A stretch of 24,474 bases of DNA from Gemmatimonadaceae bacterium. Its GTDB lineage: Bacteria; Gemmatimonadota; Gemmatimonadetes; Gemmatimonadales; Gemmatimonadaceae. This document shows, one piece after another, positions 8,197 through 16,072 of the stretch. Location: contig JBBDYC010000016.1 in assembly GCA_040901985.1 (NCBI GenBank), forward strand, positions 8,628 to 33,101. Reading direction: 5' to 3'. How positions within the stretch are numbered: position 1 is the stretch's first letter; each line of letters opens with the position of its first letter. The translations under genes were made by a program, and so were the position numbers. The notes under the pieces are model-generated. The model saw only the letters and a program-made list of their open reading frames with translations, had not been told where the DNA came from and made no database searches.

Positions 8197-8780
8197 ATTG
8201 CCCGCCGTGCGGAGAGGGCCTGGATGATCGTCACGCCGTCCGCGTACTCGAGGTCGCCGCCGATCGGCAGTCCGCGGGCCAGCCGGCTGACCACGACGCC
8301 CGCCCCCCGGAGTTGCTCCTGAAGATACAGCGCGGTCGCCTCGCCTTCGAGCTTGGGATTGGTGGCCACGATCACCTCCCGGACGCCGCCCCCCGTGGCG
8401 CGCCGCACCAGCGCGCCCACCGTGAGGTCGTCCGGCCCCACCCCGTCGAGTGGCGCCAGCCGGCCGCCCAGCACGTGGTAGAGGCCGCGGAACTCCCCGG
8501 TGCGCTCGATGGACGGGATGTCCGACGCCTCCTCCACCACGCAGATCACCGTCCGGTCGCGCCGCGGGTCGGCGCAGAGGGCGCAGGGGACCTCCTCGGT
8601 CAGGTTGAAGCACTCCGGGCAGGGCCGGATCCGCTCGGCCAGCGTCAGGAGGGCCGTCGCCAGCCGTTGGCTCTGCTCGGTGGGCTGCTTGAGCAGGTGA
8701 TACGTCAGCCGGAGCGCCGACTTTCGCCCGATCGTCGGGAGGCGCGAGAGCTCGGTCACGAGGTCGTCAATGGCGGACAC
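8193..8780 (-). CDS. recR: Recombination mediator RecR
   Basis: HhH LPTIGRKSALRL, zinc finger CPEC..CALC, Toprim ICVVEE, YHVLGG, EGEATA, GGDLEYAD. Confidence 0.97.
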   Translation of the reverse strand: MSAIDDLVTELSRLPTIGRKSALRLTYHLLKQPTEQSQRLATALLTLAERIRPCPECFNLTEEVPCALCADPRRDRTVICVVEEASDIPSIERTGEFRGLYHVLGGRLAPLDGVGPDDLTVGALVRRATGGGVREVIVATNPKLEGEATALYLQEQLRGAGVVVSRLARGLPIGGDLEYADGVTIIQALSARRAM

Positions 8781-8793
8781 GCGTCCCGGCGCC

Positions 8794-9120
8794 TCAGAAG
8801 GGGAGCTTGAACGGGAGCCCGCCGAGCCCCATCCCGCCGGCCGCCTTCTTCATCTCCTGCTCCGTCAGCTCGCGGGCCTTTTTTTGCGCCTCCTGCACCG
8901 CGACCGTCACCAGGTCCTCGAGCATCTCGACGTCGGCCGGGTTGGCCACCGACGGGTCAATCGAGATTCGCTTCACGGTGCCCTTCCCGTCTGCCTCCAC
9001 GCGCACCATCCCGCCCCCCGACGTCCCGGTCACGGACATCCGGGCCAGCTCGTCCTGGACCTCCTGGAGCTTTCCGGTCACCTGCTGCGCCTGCTGCAGC
9101 ATCTTCATCAGGTCGGTCAT
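8794..9120 (-). CDS. ybaB: YbaB/EbfC nucleoid-associated protein
   Basis: MLQQAQQ, GTSGGGMVRV, DVEMLEDLV..A; canonical dnaX-ybaB-recR order. Confidence 0.95.
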   Translation of the reverse strand: MTDLMKMLQQAQQVTGKLQEVQDELARMSVTGTSGGGMVRVEADGKGTVKRISIDPSVANPADVEMLEDLVTVAVQEAQKKARELTEQEMKKAAGGMGLGGLPFKLPF

Positions 9121-9121
9121 C

Positions 9122-10705
9122 TCAGTCGAGGAGTTCGAGGTCGAGCGCCTCGACGGCGGCGTCGAGCAGCTTGGACTGTTTGCGGAGCATCGCGATCCGA
9201 TCGGCCTTCACCGCGCTCTCGTTGAGGCGGCGCGGCGGCTGGCCGGCGTCGCTGGCGGAACTTACCACGAGCGTGGTCACGCCGTCGAAGCGGCGGCGGA
9301 GCGCGGCGAGGATCGCCGCGCTGCCCTGCGCAATCATCTCGGCGTCGGCCGCGGCGTCCACGGTGAGCGTCACCACGCCCTGCGCGGTGACCGCCGAGGG
9401 CGCGGCGTGCCCGAGCGCAGCGGCCAGCACGGCACGGCCGTCGCGGTTCACGCCGTCCACGACGGCGTCCCAGTGCTCGGCGAGCCGGTTGATGTCGAGG
9501 GCAAGCAACTTCGCCGCCGGCCGCGGCGTCGGCGCGTCGGCCACCTCCGGTGCGGCCTCGCTCGCCCCGCCGCCCCCCACCCCGCGCAGCACGTCCTCCA
9601 GCGCCACCGTGCGGTCGAGCAGCGCAAAGCGCACGAGGAGCGTCTCGAAGAGCATCTGCTGCTGCGCGCTCCGCCGGATGTGCGGCTCCAGCTCGACGAT
9701 CATCGCCAGCATCCGCAGGAGGTCGCCGGCGGTGAAGTGCTTGGCGCGCCCGGGCAGTTCCGCGCGCAGGTGCTCGGAGACGTCGGGGAGCGCCCCGCCG
9801 AGCACCACCGCGAGCTGGGCGCGCAGCAGGTCGGCGAAGTCGCCGAGCAGCACGGCGAAGTCCACGCCGTGGTCGGCGAGCCGCCCGACCGCCTCGAAGA
9901 CGTCGCCGGCGCGGCGGCCGATGACGAGATCGAGCAGCGCGAGGTGCTCGTCCTCGTGGACGAGCCCCAGCGCGTCGCGCACGCGCGGCGCGGTGATCGC
10001 GCCGTCGCCGAGCGAGAGCACCTGGTCGGTCAACGAGAGCGCGTCGCGCATCGAGCCATCGGCGGCGCGCGCGAGCATCGCCAGCGCGTCGGCCTCGGCG
10101 GGGATCCCCTCGGCGGCCAGCACCGTGGCGAGTCGCGCCCGGACGTCGGCCGGCCCGATCCGCTTGAGGTCGAAGCGCTGGACCCGCGAGAGCACGGGCG
10201 CGGCGGCCTGCTGGATCTTCTGCGGCTCCGTCGTCGCGAAGACGAACACCACCCGCGGCGGCGGTTCCTCGAGGATCTTGAGGAGCGCATTCCACGCCTC
10301 GCGCGTGAGCATATGCGCCTCGTCAATGATATAGACCTTGTAGCGGTCGTCCCCCGAGGGCGCGTACATCGCCCGCTCGCGCAGGTCGCGGGCGTCGTCC
10401 ACCCCGCGATTGGACGCGGCGTCAATCTCCACCACGTCGAGCGAGGCCCCGCCGCTCCAGACGCGGTCGCACGACGGGCACTCCCCGCAGGGCTCGCGGT
10501 CCGGACGCCGACGCTCGCAGTTGAGCGCCATCGCGAGCACCCGGGCGAGGGTCGTCTTGCCGGTCCCCCGCGGCCCGCAGAACAGGTACGCGTGGGCCAG
10601 GCGGTCGCCGAGGATGGCATTCCGCAGGGTATTCGCCACGTGCGACTGGACCGCCACGTCGGCGAACCGTCGCGGGCGATACTTGCGGGCCAGGGCGAGG
10701 GACAT
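9122..10705 (-). CDS. dnaX: DNA polymerase III subunit gamma/tau
   Basis: MSLALARKYRP, Walker A GPRGTGKTT, C4 zinc motif, EIDAASNRGVD, IIDEAHML, LLKILEEPP, SRVQRF, GSMRDALS. The track extension to 10918 runs over the SRP RNA and is not credible. Confidence 0.96.
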   Translation of the reverse strand: MSLALARKYRPRRFADVAVQSHVANTLRNAILGDRLAHAYLFCGPRGTGKTTLARVLAMALNCERRRPDREPCGECPSCDRVWSGGASLDVVEIDAASNRGVDDARDLRERAMYAPSGDDRYKVYIIDEAHMLTREAWNALLKILEEPPPRVVFVFATTEPQKIQQAAAPVLSRVQRFDLKRIGPADVRARLATVLAAEGIPAEADALAMLARAADGSMRDALSLTDQVLSLGDGAITAPRVRDALGLVHEDEHLALLDLVIGRRAGDVFEAVGRLADHGVDFAVLLGDFADLLRAQLAVVLGGALPDVSEHLRAELPGRAKHFTAGDLLRMLAMIVELEPHIRRSAQQQMLFETLLVRFALLDRTVALEDVLRGVGGGGASEAAPEVADAPTPRPAAKLLALDINRLAEHWDAVVDGVNRDGRAVLAAALGHAAPSAVTAQGVVTLTVDAAADAEMIAQGSAAILAALRRRFDGVTTLVVSSASDAGQPPRRLNESAVKADRIAMLRKQSKLLDAAVEALDLELLD

Positions 10706-10712
10706 ACACGTG

Positions 10713-10718
10713 AATTTA
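10713..10718 (-). promoter_or_regulatory. -10 hexamer TAAATT 7 nt upstream of the dnaX ATG (leaderless geometry)
   Basis: The minus strand reads gcTAAATTcacgtgtATG. No SD is present and there is no good -35. Confidence 0.55.
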
Positions 10719-10785
10719 GCCCGCGCGGCCGACGAATGCACGACGCGCGGGGAGCGACGCCACAAGGCGTGCTCACCCGCGCGAG

Positions 10786-10884
10786 TGTTCCAGGCCTGAC
10801 GGAGCGACGACGGACTCCACGTACCGTTGCTGCCTTTCGACCCTGGCGGAGTTGGTGGGCCGAAGCCCCCCGGGACCTGGAACA
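10786..10884 (-). ncRNA. ffs: Small bacterial SRP RNA (4.5S)
   Basis: Minus-strand helix-8 core AACTCCGCCAGG-GTC-GAAA-GGC-AGCAACGGTA (10853-10822). Terminal stem TGTTCCAGG..CCTGGAACA, about 99 nt. Position upstream of dnaX is typical for ffs. Confidence 0.93.
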
Positions 10885-10889
10885 ACCGG

Positions 10890-10918
10890 AAGCTAGTCGC
10901 GCCGCCCGGCGCCAACAA
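10890..10918 (-). promoter_or_regulatory. Sigma70-type promoter of ffs
   Basis: TTGTTG, N17, TAGCTT, ending 5 nt before the SRP terminal stem. Confidence 0.6.
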
Positions 10919-10927
10919 CGGGCCGCG

Positions 10928-11323
10928 TCAGCCCATGCTCAACCAGGTCGCGGCGGCCACCGCGAGGAACCACATCCACCCCACGTGGCGCCCCCGCGCA
11001 ATCACCAGCGAGAGCGCGGCCAGCGCCACGAAGGTCGCGGTGAGGAGCATCATCACCGGCCGCCACGCCGTGCCGAAGGCCGCGCCGTCGCGCGCCGCCT
11101 CGAAGAGGATCGCCGCCAGCCCGACCAGCACCACGCTCAGCGAGTGCCAGGCGAGACTCAGCGTCTGCCGCGTCAGCGGGTCGTCCCCCGCGCGCCGGTT
11201 CGGCCCCTCGCGCTCGGCCGCGCGCCGGAAGAGCCGCTGCAGCACGACCTTCTCGCCGAGCAGCGAATGGGCGACCGCCGCACCCAGCAGCAGCATCGCA
11301 CCGACCACGAGCCACCAATTCAT
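10928..11323 (-). CDS. Hypothetical integral membrane protein (131 aa, about 4 TM helices)
   Basis: ATG overlaps the ltaE stop (ATGA). Four hydrophobic segments, with motifs AHSLLGE, AWH and RHVGW. Confidence 0.8.
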   Translation of the reverse strand: MNWWLVVGAMLLLGAAVAHSLLGEKVVLQRLFRRAAEREGPNRRAGDDPLTRQTLSLAWHSLSVVLVGLAAILFEAARDGAAFGTAWRPVMMLLTATFVALAALSLVIARGRHVGWMWFLAVAAATWLSMG

Positions 11324-12378
11324 CGCAGCACCTCCGCCAGGGTCTCCGCCGCACGGTCGCACGCGGCGTCATCCACGTCCAGGTGCAGGACGCACCGGAG
11401 TCGTGTCCGGCTCCAAGGAGTGACGAGCACCCCGGCCTCGCCGGCACGGGCGACCACCGCATCGGCGCTGAGGCGCGCGGGGAGATCCACCATCACAATG
11501 TTGGTATCGGGTCGCACCACCTGGACGTCGGGGACGGCGCCGAGGCGCTCGGCGAGGCGCTGGGCGCGGGCGTGATCCTCGTGCAGGCGCGGGAGATGCA
11601 CGTCGAGTCCGTGGAGCGCGGCGGCGGCGAGGATCCCCGACTGGCGCATCCCGCCGCCGAGGCGCTTGCGGACCTCCCAGGCGCGTGCCATCGCCCGTTC
11701 GCTTCCGGCGAGCGCCGCGCCGACCGGCGCGCCGAGCCCCTTCGAGAACGAGACCATCACGGTCTCGGCGCAGTCGGCGAAGGCGGCGAGCGGCGTCCCG
11801 GTCGCGATGTGCGCGTTCCAGAGCCGCGCGCCATCGAGATGCACCGGCAGGCCGGCCTCGGCGGCGACGTCGTGGATCTCCCGCAGCTGCTCCACCGGCG
11901 TCACCATCCCGCCGGCGCCGTTGTGGGTATTCTCGGCGCAGACGAGCGAGGCGCGCGGCGCGTGCGGCGACGCGGGCCGGAGCTGCGCCCGGAGCGCCCG
12001 CGCCGTCAGCACGGGGGCCTCGCGCACGAGCCGCACCTGCAGCCCCGAGAGCGCCGCCGCGCCGGCAATCTCCCAGTTCACGATGTGGGAGTCCTCGTGA
12101 CAGAAGACCTCGGTGCCCGGCGTGCCGAGGAGCCAGAGCGCCGACTGGTTGGCCATCGTCCCGGTGGGGAAGAACAGCGCGCGTGGTTTGCCGAGCAGCG
12201 CCGCCACGCGCTCCTCGAGCTGCCGGGTGGTCGGGTCGCCGTCGAGCACGTCGTCCCCCACTTCCGCCTCGGCCATCGCCCGCCGCATCGCGGCGGTCGG
12301 GCGCGTCACCGTGTCACTGCGCAGGTCAATCGCTGCCGTCGCTGGCTTCACTGGCTTCACGGGCTTCGCTGGCGTCAC
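11320..12378 (-). CDS. ltaE: Low-specificity L-threonine aldolase (GLY1/LtaE type)
   Basis: IDLRSDTVT, VGDDV, PTGTMANQ, ENTHN, HLDGARLWNA, PLP lysine SFSKGLGAPVG, GGGMRQSG. The exact GTG start is uncertain because several lie within the repeat. Confidence 0.93.
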   Translation of the reverse strand: MTPAKPVKPVKPATAAIDLRSDTVTRPTAAMRRAMAEAEVGDDVLDGDPTTRQLEERVAALLGKPRALFFPTGTMANQSALWLLGTPGTEVFCHEDSHIVNWEIAGAAALSGLQVRLVREAPVLTARALRAQLRPASPHAPRASLVCAENTHNGAGGMVTPVEQLREIHDVAAEAGLPVHLDGARLWNAHIATGTPLAAFADCAETVMVSFSKGLGAPVGAALAGSERAMARAWEVRKRLGGGMRQSGILAAAALHGLDVHLPRLHEDHARAQRLAERLGAVPDVQVVRPDTNIVMVDLPARLSADAVVARAGEAGVLVTPWSRTRLRCVLHLDVDDAACDRAAETLAEVLR

Positions 12379-13267
12379 TGGCTTCGGGTGGGTGCGTGCG
12401 GGTCCACGGGGGCTGGGGCCGCAGTTGCGATTCGACCGCGCTCGCGAACTCGGCCCCGACGACGAAGATCATCGCGGCATAGTACGTCCAGAAGACGATG
12501 ATGACCAGCGCCCCCAGCGTCCCCGTGTAGATGGACCCGGGCGGGAAGCTCCGGACGACGACCGAGAAGAGCACCCGCGCCACCTCGAACAGCGTCCCGG
12601 CGACCACACCGCCGGCGATCGCGCTGACCCACGGCGTGCGGGCCTTGGGCAGCCAGCGGTAGAGCGCCACGAAGACGCCGATCAGGATGGCGATCGCAAG
12701 CAGCCGGAAGAGGACGACTTCCAGCCCGCTCATCACGTTGGCGAGCAGCCCATAGTCGGTGAGCGCGGCCCCGAGATTGCCGCGCGACACCGCAATCCAG
12801 GCCGAGACGACCACCCACCCGGCGAGGAGCACCGCCGACAGCACCGAAAGTTGGAGGTCCCAGAGCATCCCACCGAGCACGGAGCGGTCGGTGCGGTGCT
12901 CGAATGCCGTGGTCATCACGCTGCGCAGGGAGCGGAAGAGGCGCGCCGAGAAGACCAGGAACCCGATGGCGCCGCCGATCCCGAACGCGGCTCGGGTGCG
13001 CACGACGTCGGCCATCACCGGGTCGAGCATTGACCCCTCGACCTCGAGGGCGCGCGGGAGGACGCGGTCGAGCACGTGCTGGACCATCGCCGTCGAGGCG
13101 TCCTCCGATGCGCCGAGCAGGAACCCGAGCCCGGACGCCAACAGGAGGATAAACGGAACGCCGGCGAGGAGGACATTGAAGGCCACCCCGCCGGCGAGAA
13201 ATGTCACGCTATCCCGGGCGGCGTTGTTCCAGACGTCGCGCAGGAGCCGAACTGGCTGGATTGTCAG
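12326..13267 (-). CDS. YihY/virulence factor BrkB family membrane protein
   Basis: FLAGGVAFNVLL..PF, LYRWLP, LFEVAR..F, IYTGTLGALVIIVFWTYY..IFVVGAEF. The frame stays open upstream of the track start (LTIQPVRLLRDVWNNAARDS) to a CTG at 13267. Start uncertain. Confidence 0.88.
   Translation of the reverse strand: MTIQPVRLLRDVWNNAARDSVTFLAGGVAFNVLLAGVPFILLLASGLGFLLGASEDASTAMVQHVLDRVLPRALEVEGSMLDPVMADVVRTRAAFGIGGAIGFLVFSARLFRSLRSVMTTAFEHRTDRSVLGGMLWDLQLSVLSAVLLAGWVVVSAWIAVSRGNLGAALTDYGLLANVMSGLEVVLFRLLAIAILIGVFVALYRWLPKARTPWVSAIAGGVVAGTLFEVARVLFSVVVRSFPPGSIYTGTLGALVIIVFWTYYAAMIFVVGAEFASAVESQLRPQPPWTRTHPPEASDASEAREASEASDGSD
12333..12386. repeat. Degenerate 9-bp tandem repeat (6 units, consensus CTGGCTTCA) in the yihY/ltaE overlap
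   Basis: ctgccgtcg ctggcttca ctggcttca cgggcttcg ctggcgtca ctggcttcg. Confidence 0.85.
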
Positions 13268-13670
13268 ACGCCGTCATCCTCTCCATCGAAGGAATCGTCC
13301 TTGACCGCCTTCTTGTGCTGGGCGAGGCGCTTCTCGATCGCCCGTCGGGCATCGCGCGCCGCGGACTTGCCGGTCTTGCGCATATCGTGCGCCGCGTCGC
13401 GGCCGGTCTCGGCGATGTCGTGCACGGCGTCGAGCCCCGTCTGCCGCAGGTCGTCCATCGCGTCGCCGGCGGTCTCGGCGATGTTCGTGGCGCGGGGCGG
13501 CGCCCCCCCCCCCCCGCCGCGTGCCGCACCGAGTCCCGCATCTCCTCGCCCGACTGCGGGGCGAGCATCAGCCCGAGTCCGGCCCCGATCGCGAGGCCGA
13601 GGAAAAAGAGGCCGGGCCCGCCCCCAGAGCGCCGTTCGATCACCAAGGCCTCACCATTGTGTTCAGTCAC
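13264..13670 (-). pseudogene. YtxH-domain protein split by a frameshift at a C13/G13 tract (probably an intact gene with a sequence error)
   Basis: N-half: FFLGLAIGAGLGLMLAPQSGEEMRD (YtxH signature). The C-half (ATNIAETAGDAMDD..DDGV*) is in a different frame. The span is 407 nt, so +1 or -2 nt restores one ORF. Confidence 0.8.
13503..13515. repeat. Homopolymer C13
   Basis: Read directly from the sequence; it coincides with the frameshift. Confidence 0.95.
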
Positions 13671-13682
13671 CGTACCGCCCGG

Positions 13683-14561
13683 TTAGAGTTCGATCAGGAC
13701 GAGGAATCGCGAGGGCCGCCAGAAGGTCACCGGCGACGATATCTTCAATGTACCCTTGAACCGCCCGTCCGTTGGCGCCGCGTCCAACCCCGTTATGTCG
13801 TTCGGCGAGATGATGCGGTACGACCGGTTGGGGTCGGGGAGGGTGAGCTCGAGCGTCGTGGAGCGGTCAATGGCCGTGAACTCGCCGGCGTCGAGGCTCC
13901 GCGCCAGCACCGACGTCCGCCCAATCCCGAGCATCCCGCCGCGCAACTCGATCACGCCGCGACGGAGCAGGTCATCCCGACGGCCGGCAATCCAATAGAC
14001 CGTGTTCTGCTCGGCCAGCAGCGACTCGTTGTCCGCGCTGAGCATCGCCCGCTCGCTCGCCAGCTGGACGTTGGCGTCGCGCAGCTGCGCGTTCTGGGCG
14101 GTCAGCGCCGAGACCTGGTCGAGCAGGGCGACGATCTCCGACTTCTGGTTGTCAATCAACGTCTGGAACGCCGCAATCGTGGAATCGAAGCGCGTGGTGA
14201 GGTCGGCGTTGCCGGCGGTCAGGACGGCGATCCGGCGACGGCTCTCGGCCATCCGCTGCTCGGCCGTGCGTACGCGCGCCGTCAGTTCGGTCACGCGCGT
14301 GAGGAGCTGGGCGCGGGCCTGCGTGGGCGAGAGCGTCTCCATCTCGCCGGTCGTCGAGGCCACCGGCCGACCGGTCCGGACCTTGTCGAGCTCCCCACTC
14401 ACATCGGCGATGAACTGCGACGTCGCGACGACCTCGCCGAGCAGCGAGTCCTTCTCGGCGGAGAGCGCGGCAGAGTTGGCGAGTGCCGCCTCGTGTTCCT
14501 TCTTGGACACGCAACCGGTGACGACGACCGCGGCGACGAGGAGGGCAAGGACCGTACGCAT
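13683..14561 (-). CDS. Coiled-coil lipoprotein with a globular C-terminal domain (resembles Cbp1-type adhesin-like proteins)
   Basis: Signal peptide II MRTVLALLVAAVVVTG-C with SD GGAG 8 nt upstream. Long heptad region, then NTVYWIAG..LLRRGVI..GGMLGIG..FTAID..LKISSP..FW..SRFLV. The family assignment is from recall only. Confidence 0.75.
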   Translation of the reverse strand: MRTVLALLVAAVVVTGCVSKKEHEAALANSAALSAEKDSLLGEVVATSQFIADVSGELDKVRTGRPVASTTGEMETLSPTQARAQLLTRVTELTARVRTAEQRMAESRRRIAVLTAGNADLTTRFDSTIAAFQTLIDNQKSEIVALLDQVSALTAQNAQLRDANVQLASERAMLSADNESLLAEQNTVYWIAGRRDDLLRRGVIELRGGMLGIGRTSVLARSLDAGEFTAIDRSTTLELTLPDPNRSYRIISPNDITGLDAAPTDGRFKGTLKISSPVTFWRPSRFLVLIEL

Positions 14562-14628
14562 ACAGAGTGCTCCAGTGGGGGATGATCGGGACGGCTCTAG
14601 CACGGCGACCGGGCGTTTCCCGGACCGT

Positions 14629-16050
14629 TCACTCACCCGCGTCGGGATCGTCGGGTGCCGCCGCCACCGCAGGGCCGCCCGTCCCGGGCGCCGGTCGTGC
14701 GATGCGTGGCCCGTTCACATACCGCCGCACGGCGGCTGCTGTTCCACCGACGGCGAGCTGGTCGAACAGGAATCCGAACTTCTCATCATACGCTAATGCG
14801 AGTTTCATCTTCACGTCGTCGCCGAGGTCCCAGAGTTGCCGCTTGAACGGCCCCAGCGCCTTCTTGCGCGTCTTGTAGAAGAATTGCTCGTCGCTGTCCC
14901 CCGGCTTCCGCTCCTCGGCCGCGTTGGCCCGCAGCCAGGCGTAGATCTCGTCGCGCAGCCGAGCCGGGAGGTGGTCGTAGAGCAGGTTCTGGAACCCGGT
15001 CGCCAGGTGGATTTCCGCCGTCTCGGTCCGCGGGAAATGGTGGAACGCGTCGTCGTGCAGCGTCGAGGCCCCGTGCTGGACGGCCCCACTCAACCCGTAC
15101 TTGCGCCGCGCCACCTCGGAGAGCTTCCGCAACGTCTCGAGGTCGAGCGCCACCTCGGCAATCGTGCCGTCGGGCAGCACCACGCCGCCGTGCGAGGTCC
15201 CCGACTGCACGGAGATCTTCGACAGCCCGGTCATCCCCTTCGCCTGCGCGGCGAGGGTCCGGGTGTACCCGTCCATAAACGCCTCGAGCTCCGGCACCGT
15301 CGAGTTCTCGGTGCCGACCTCGCCGATCTCCCCCCCGAGCGAGATTGTCACGCCCTTGGGCTCGAGCCCACGCACGAAGCGCGTCAGCTCCACCGCGACC
15401 TCGAAGTTCAGCCGCTGCTGTGCCTCGAGCGTCGGGTGCGAGAGGTCCACCAGCGTGGACGTGTCAATGTCCACGTTGTAGAACCCGGCGCTGACCGCCT
15501 CGCGGGCCAACTGCTTGACCGCTGCGACCTCGGCGGCCGGATCGGCCTTGTACTTCTTGGCGTTCACCTGGAAGTGGTCGCCCTGGATGAAGACCGGCCC
15601 GCGATGCCCTTCGCGCAGCGCCGCGGCGAGCATCACCGCCACGTACTCGGCCGGCCGCTGCTCGGTGTAGGCGATCTCGGAGCGGGCGATCTCGAGGATG
15701 AACGCGCCGGCGTCCATCCGTCTGGCGGTCCGGAAGATCGCGCGTGCGGTGTCGTACGCCGCGCCGCGGATGTTCATCGCCGGGACGGTCACTGGCGGCA
15801 CGTCGCCGCGGCCGCGCGCCATATAGAAGTCGTGGATGGACGCCGAGAAGGTGCCGACCGCGCGGCCGGCCTCCCAGATCGCCCAGCGCGCCCACTCCTG
15901 CTCCGCCGGGGCGCCGAAGACGGCGAGCCGCACGAGCGTGTCCATCGTCGGCGTGGCGAGCGCGGCCTCGTCCCTGAGGGTCAGGCGCCCCTTGGCGATC
16001 GAGGCGACGGCGCCAAGGGCGCTGGCTACGGAGGCAGGACAGTCAGACAT
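14629..16050 (-). CDS. Class II fructose-bisphosphate aldolase family protein (long form)
   Basis: VPAMN, QGDH, DIDTS, GGEIGEVG, GTSHGG, VQHGAS metal-binding motifs; glycolytic gene context. Confidence 0.88.
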   Translation of the reverse strand: MSDCPASVASALGAVASIAKGRLTLRDEAALATPTMDTLVRLAVFGAPAEQEWARWAIWEAGRAVGTFSASIHDFYMARGRGDVPPVTVPAMNIRGAAYDTARAIFRTARRMDAGAFILEIARSEIAYTEQRPAEYVAVMLAAALREGHRGPVFIQGDHFQVNAKKYKADPAAEVAAVKQLAREAVSAGFYNVDIDTSTLVDLSHPTLEAQQRLNFEVAVELTRFVRGLEPKGVTISLGGEIGEVGTENSTVPELEAFMDGYTRTLAAQAKGMTGLSKISVQSGTSHGGVVLPDGTIAEVALDLETLRKLSEVARRKYGLSGAVQHGASTLHDDAFHHFPRTETAEIHLATGFQNLLYDHLPARLRDEIYAWLRANAAEERKPGDSDEQFFYKTRKKALGPFKRQLWDLGDDVKMKLALAYDEKFGFLFDQLAVGGTAAAVRRYVNGPRIARPAPGTGGPAVAAAPDDPDAGE

Positions 16051-16072
16051 CGGTCGTGTGATGAGGGTCGGG

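Noticed and set aside
9122..10705. Programmed frameshift or slippage site producing the gamma subunit
   Set aside because: I saw no A AAA AAG heptamer or long A run on the coding strand.
10706..10918. 71-aa N-terminal extension of DnaX in the ORF track
   Set aside because: It overlaps the SRP RNA and its promoter; DnaX homology starts at MSLALARKYRP.
8807..11575. 922-aa + strand ORF and the many other long antisense or alternate-frame ORFs
   Set aside because: They lie opposite or across well-supported genes, have no recognisable motifs, and are expected shadow ORFs in very GC-rich DNA.
12333..12386. CRISPR-like array
   Set aside because: The units are contiguous 9-mers without spacers, lie within coding sequence, and no cas genes are present.
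14562..14636. 25-aa N-terminal extension of the lipoprotein overlapping fba
   Set aside because: The signal peptide and SD point to ATG 14561.
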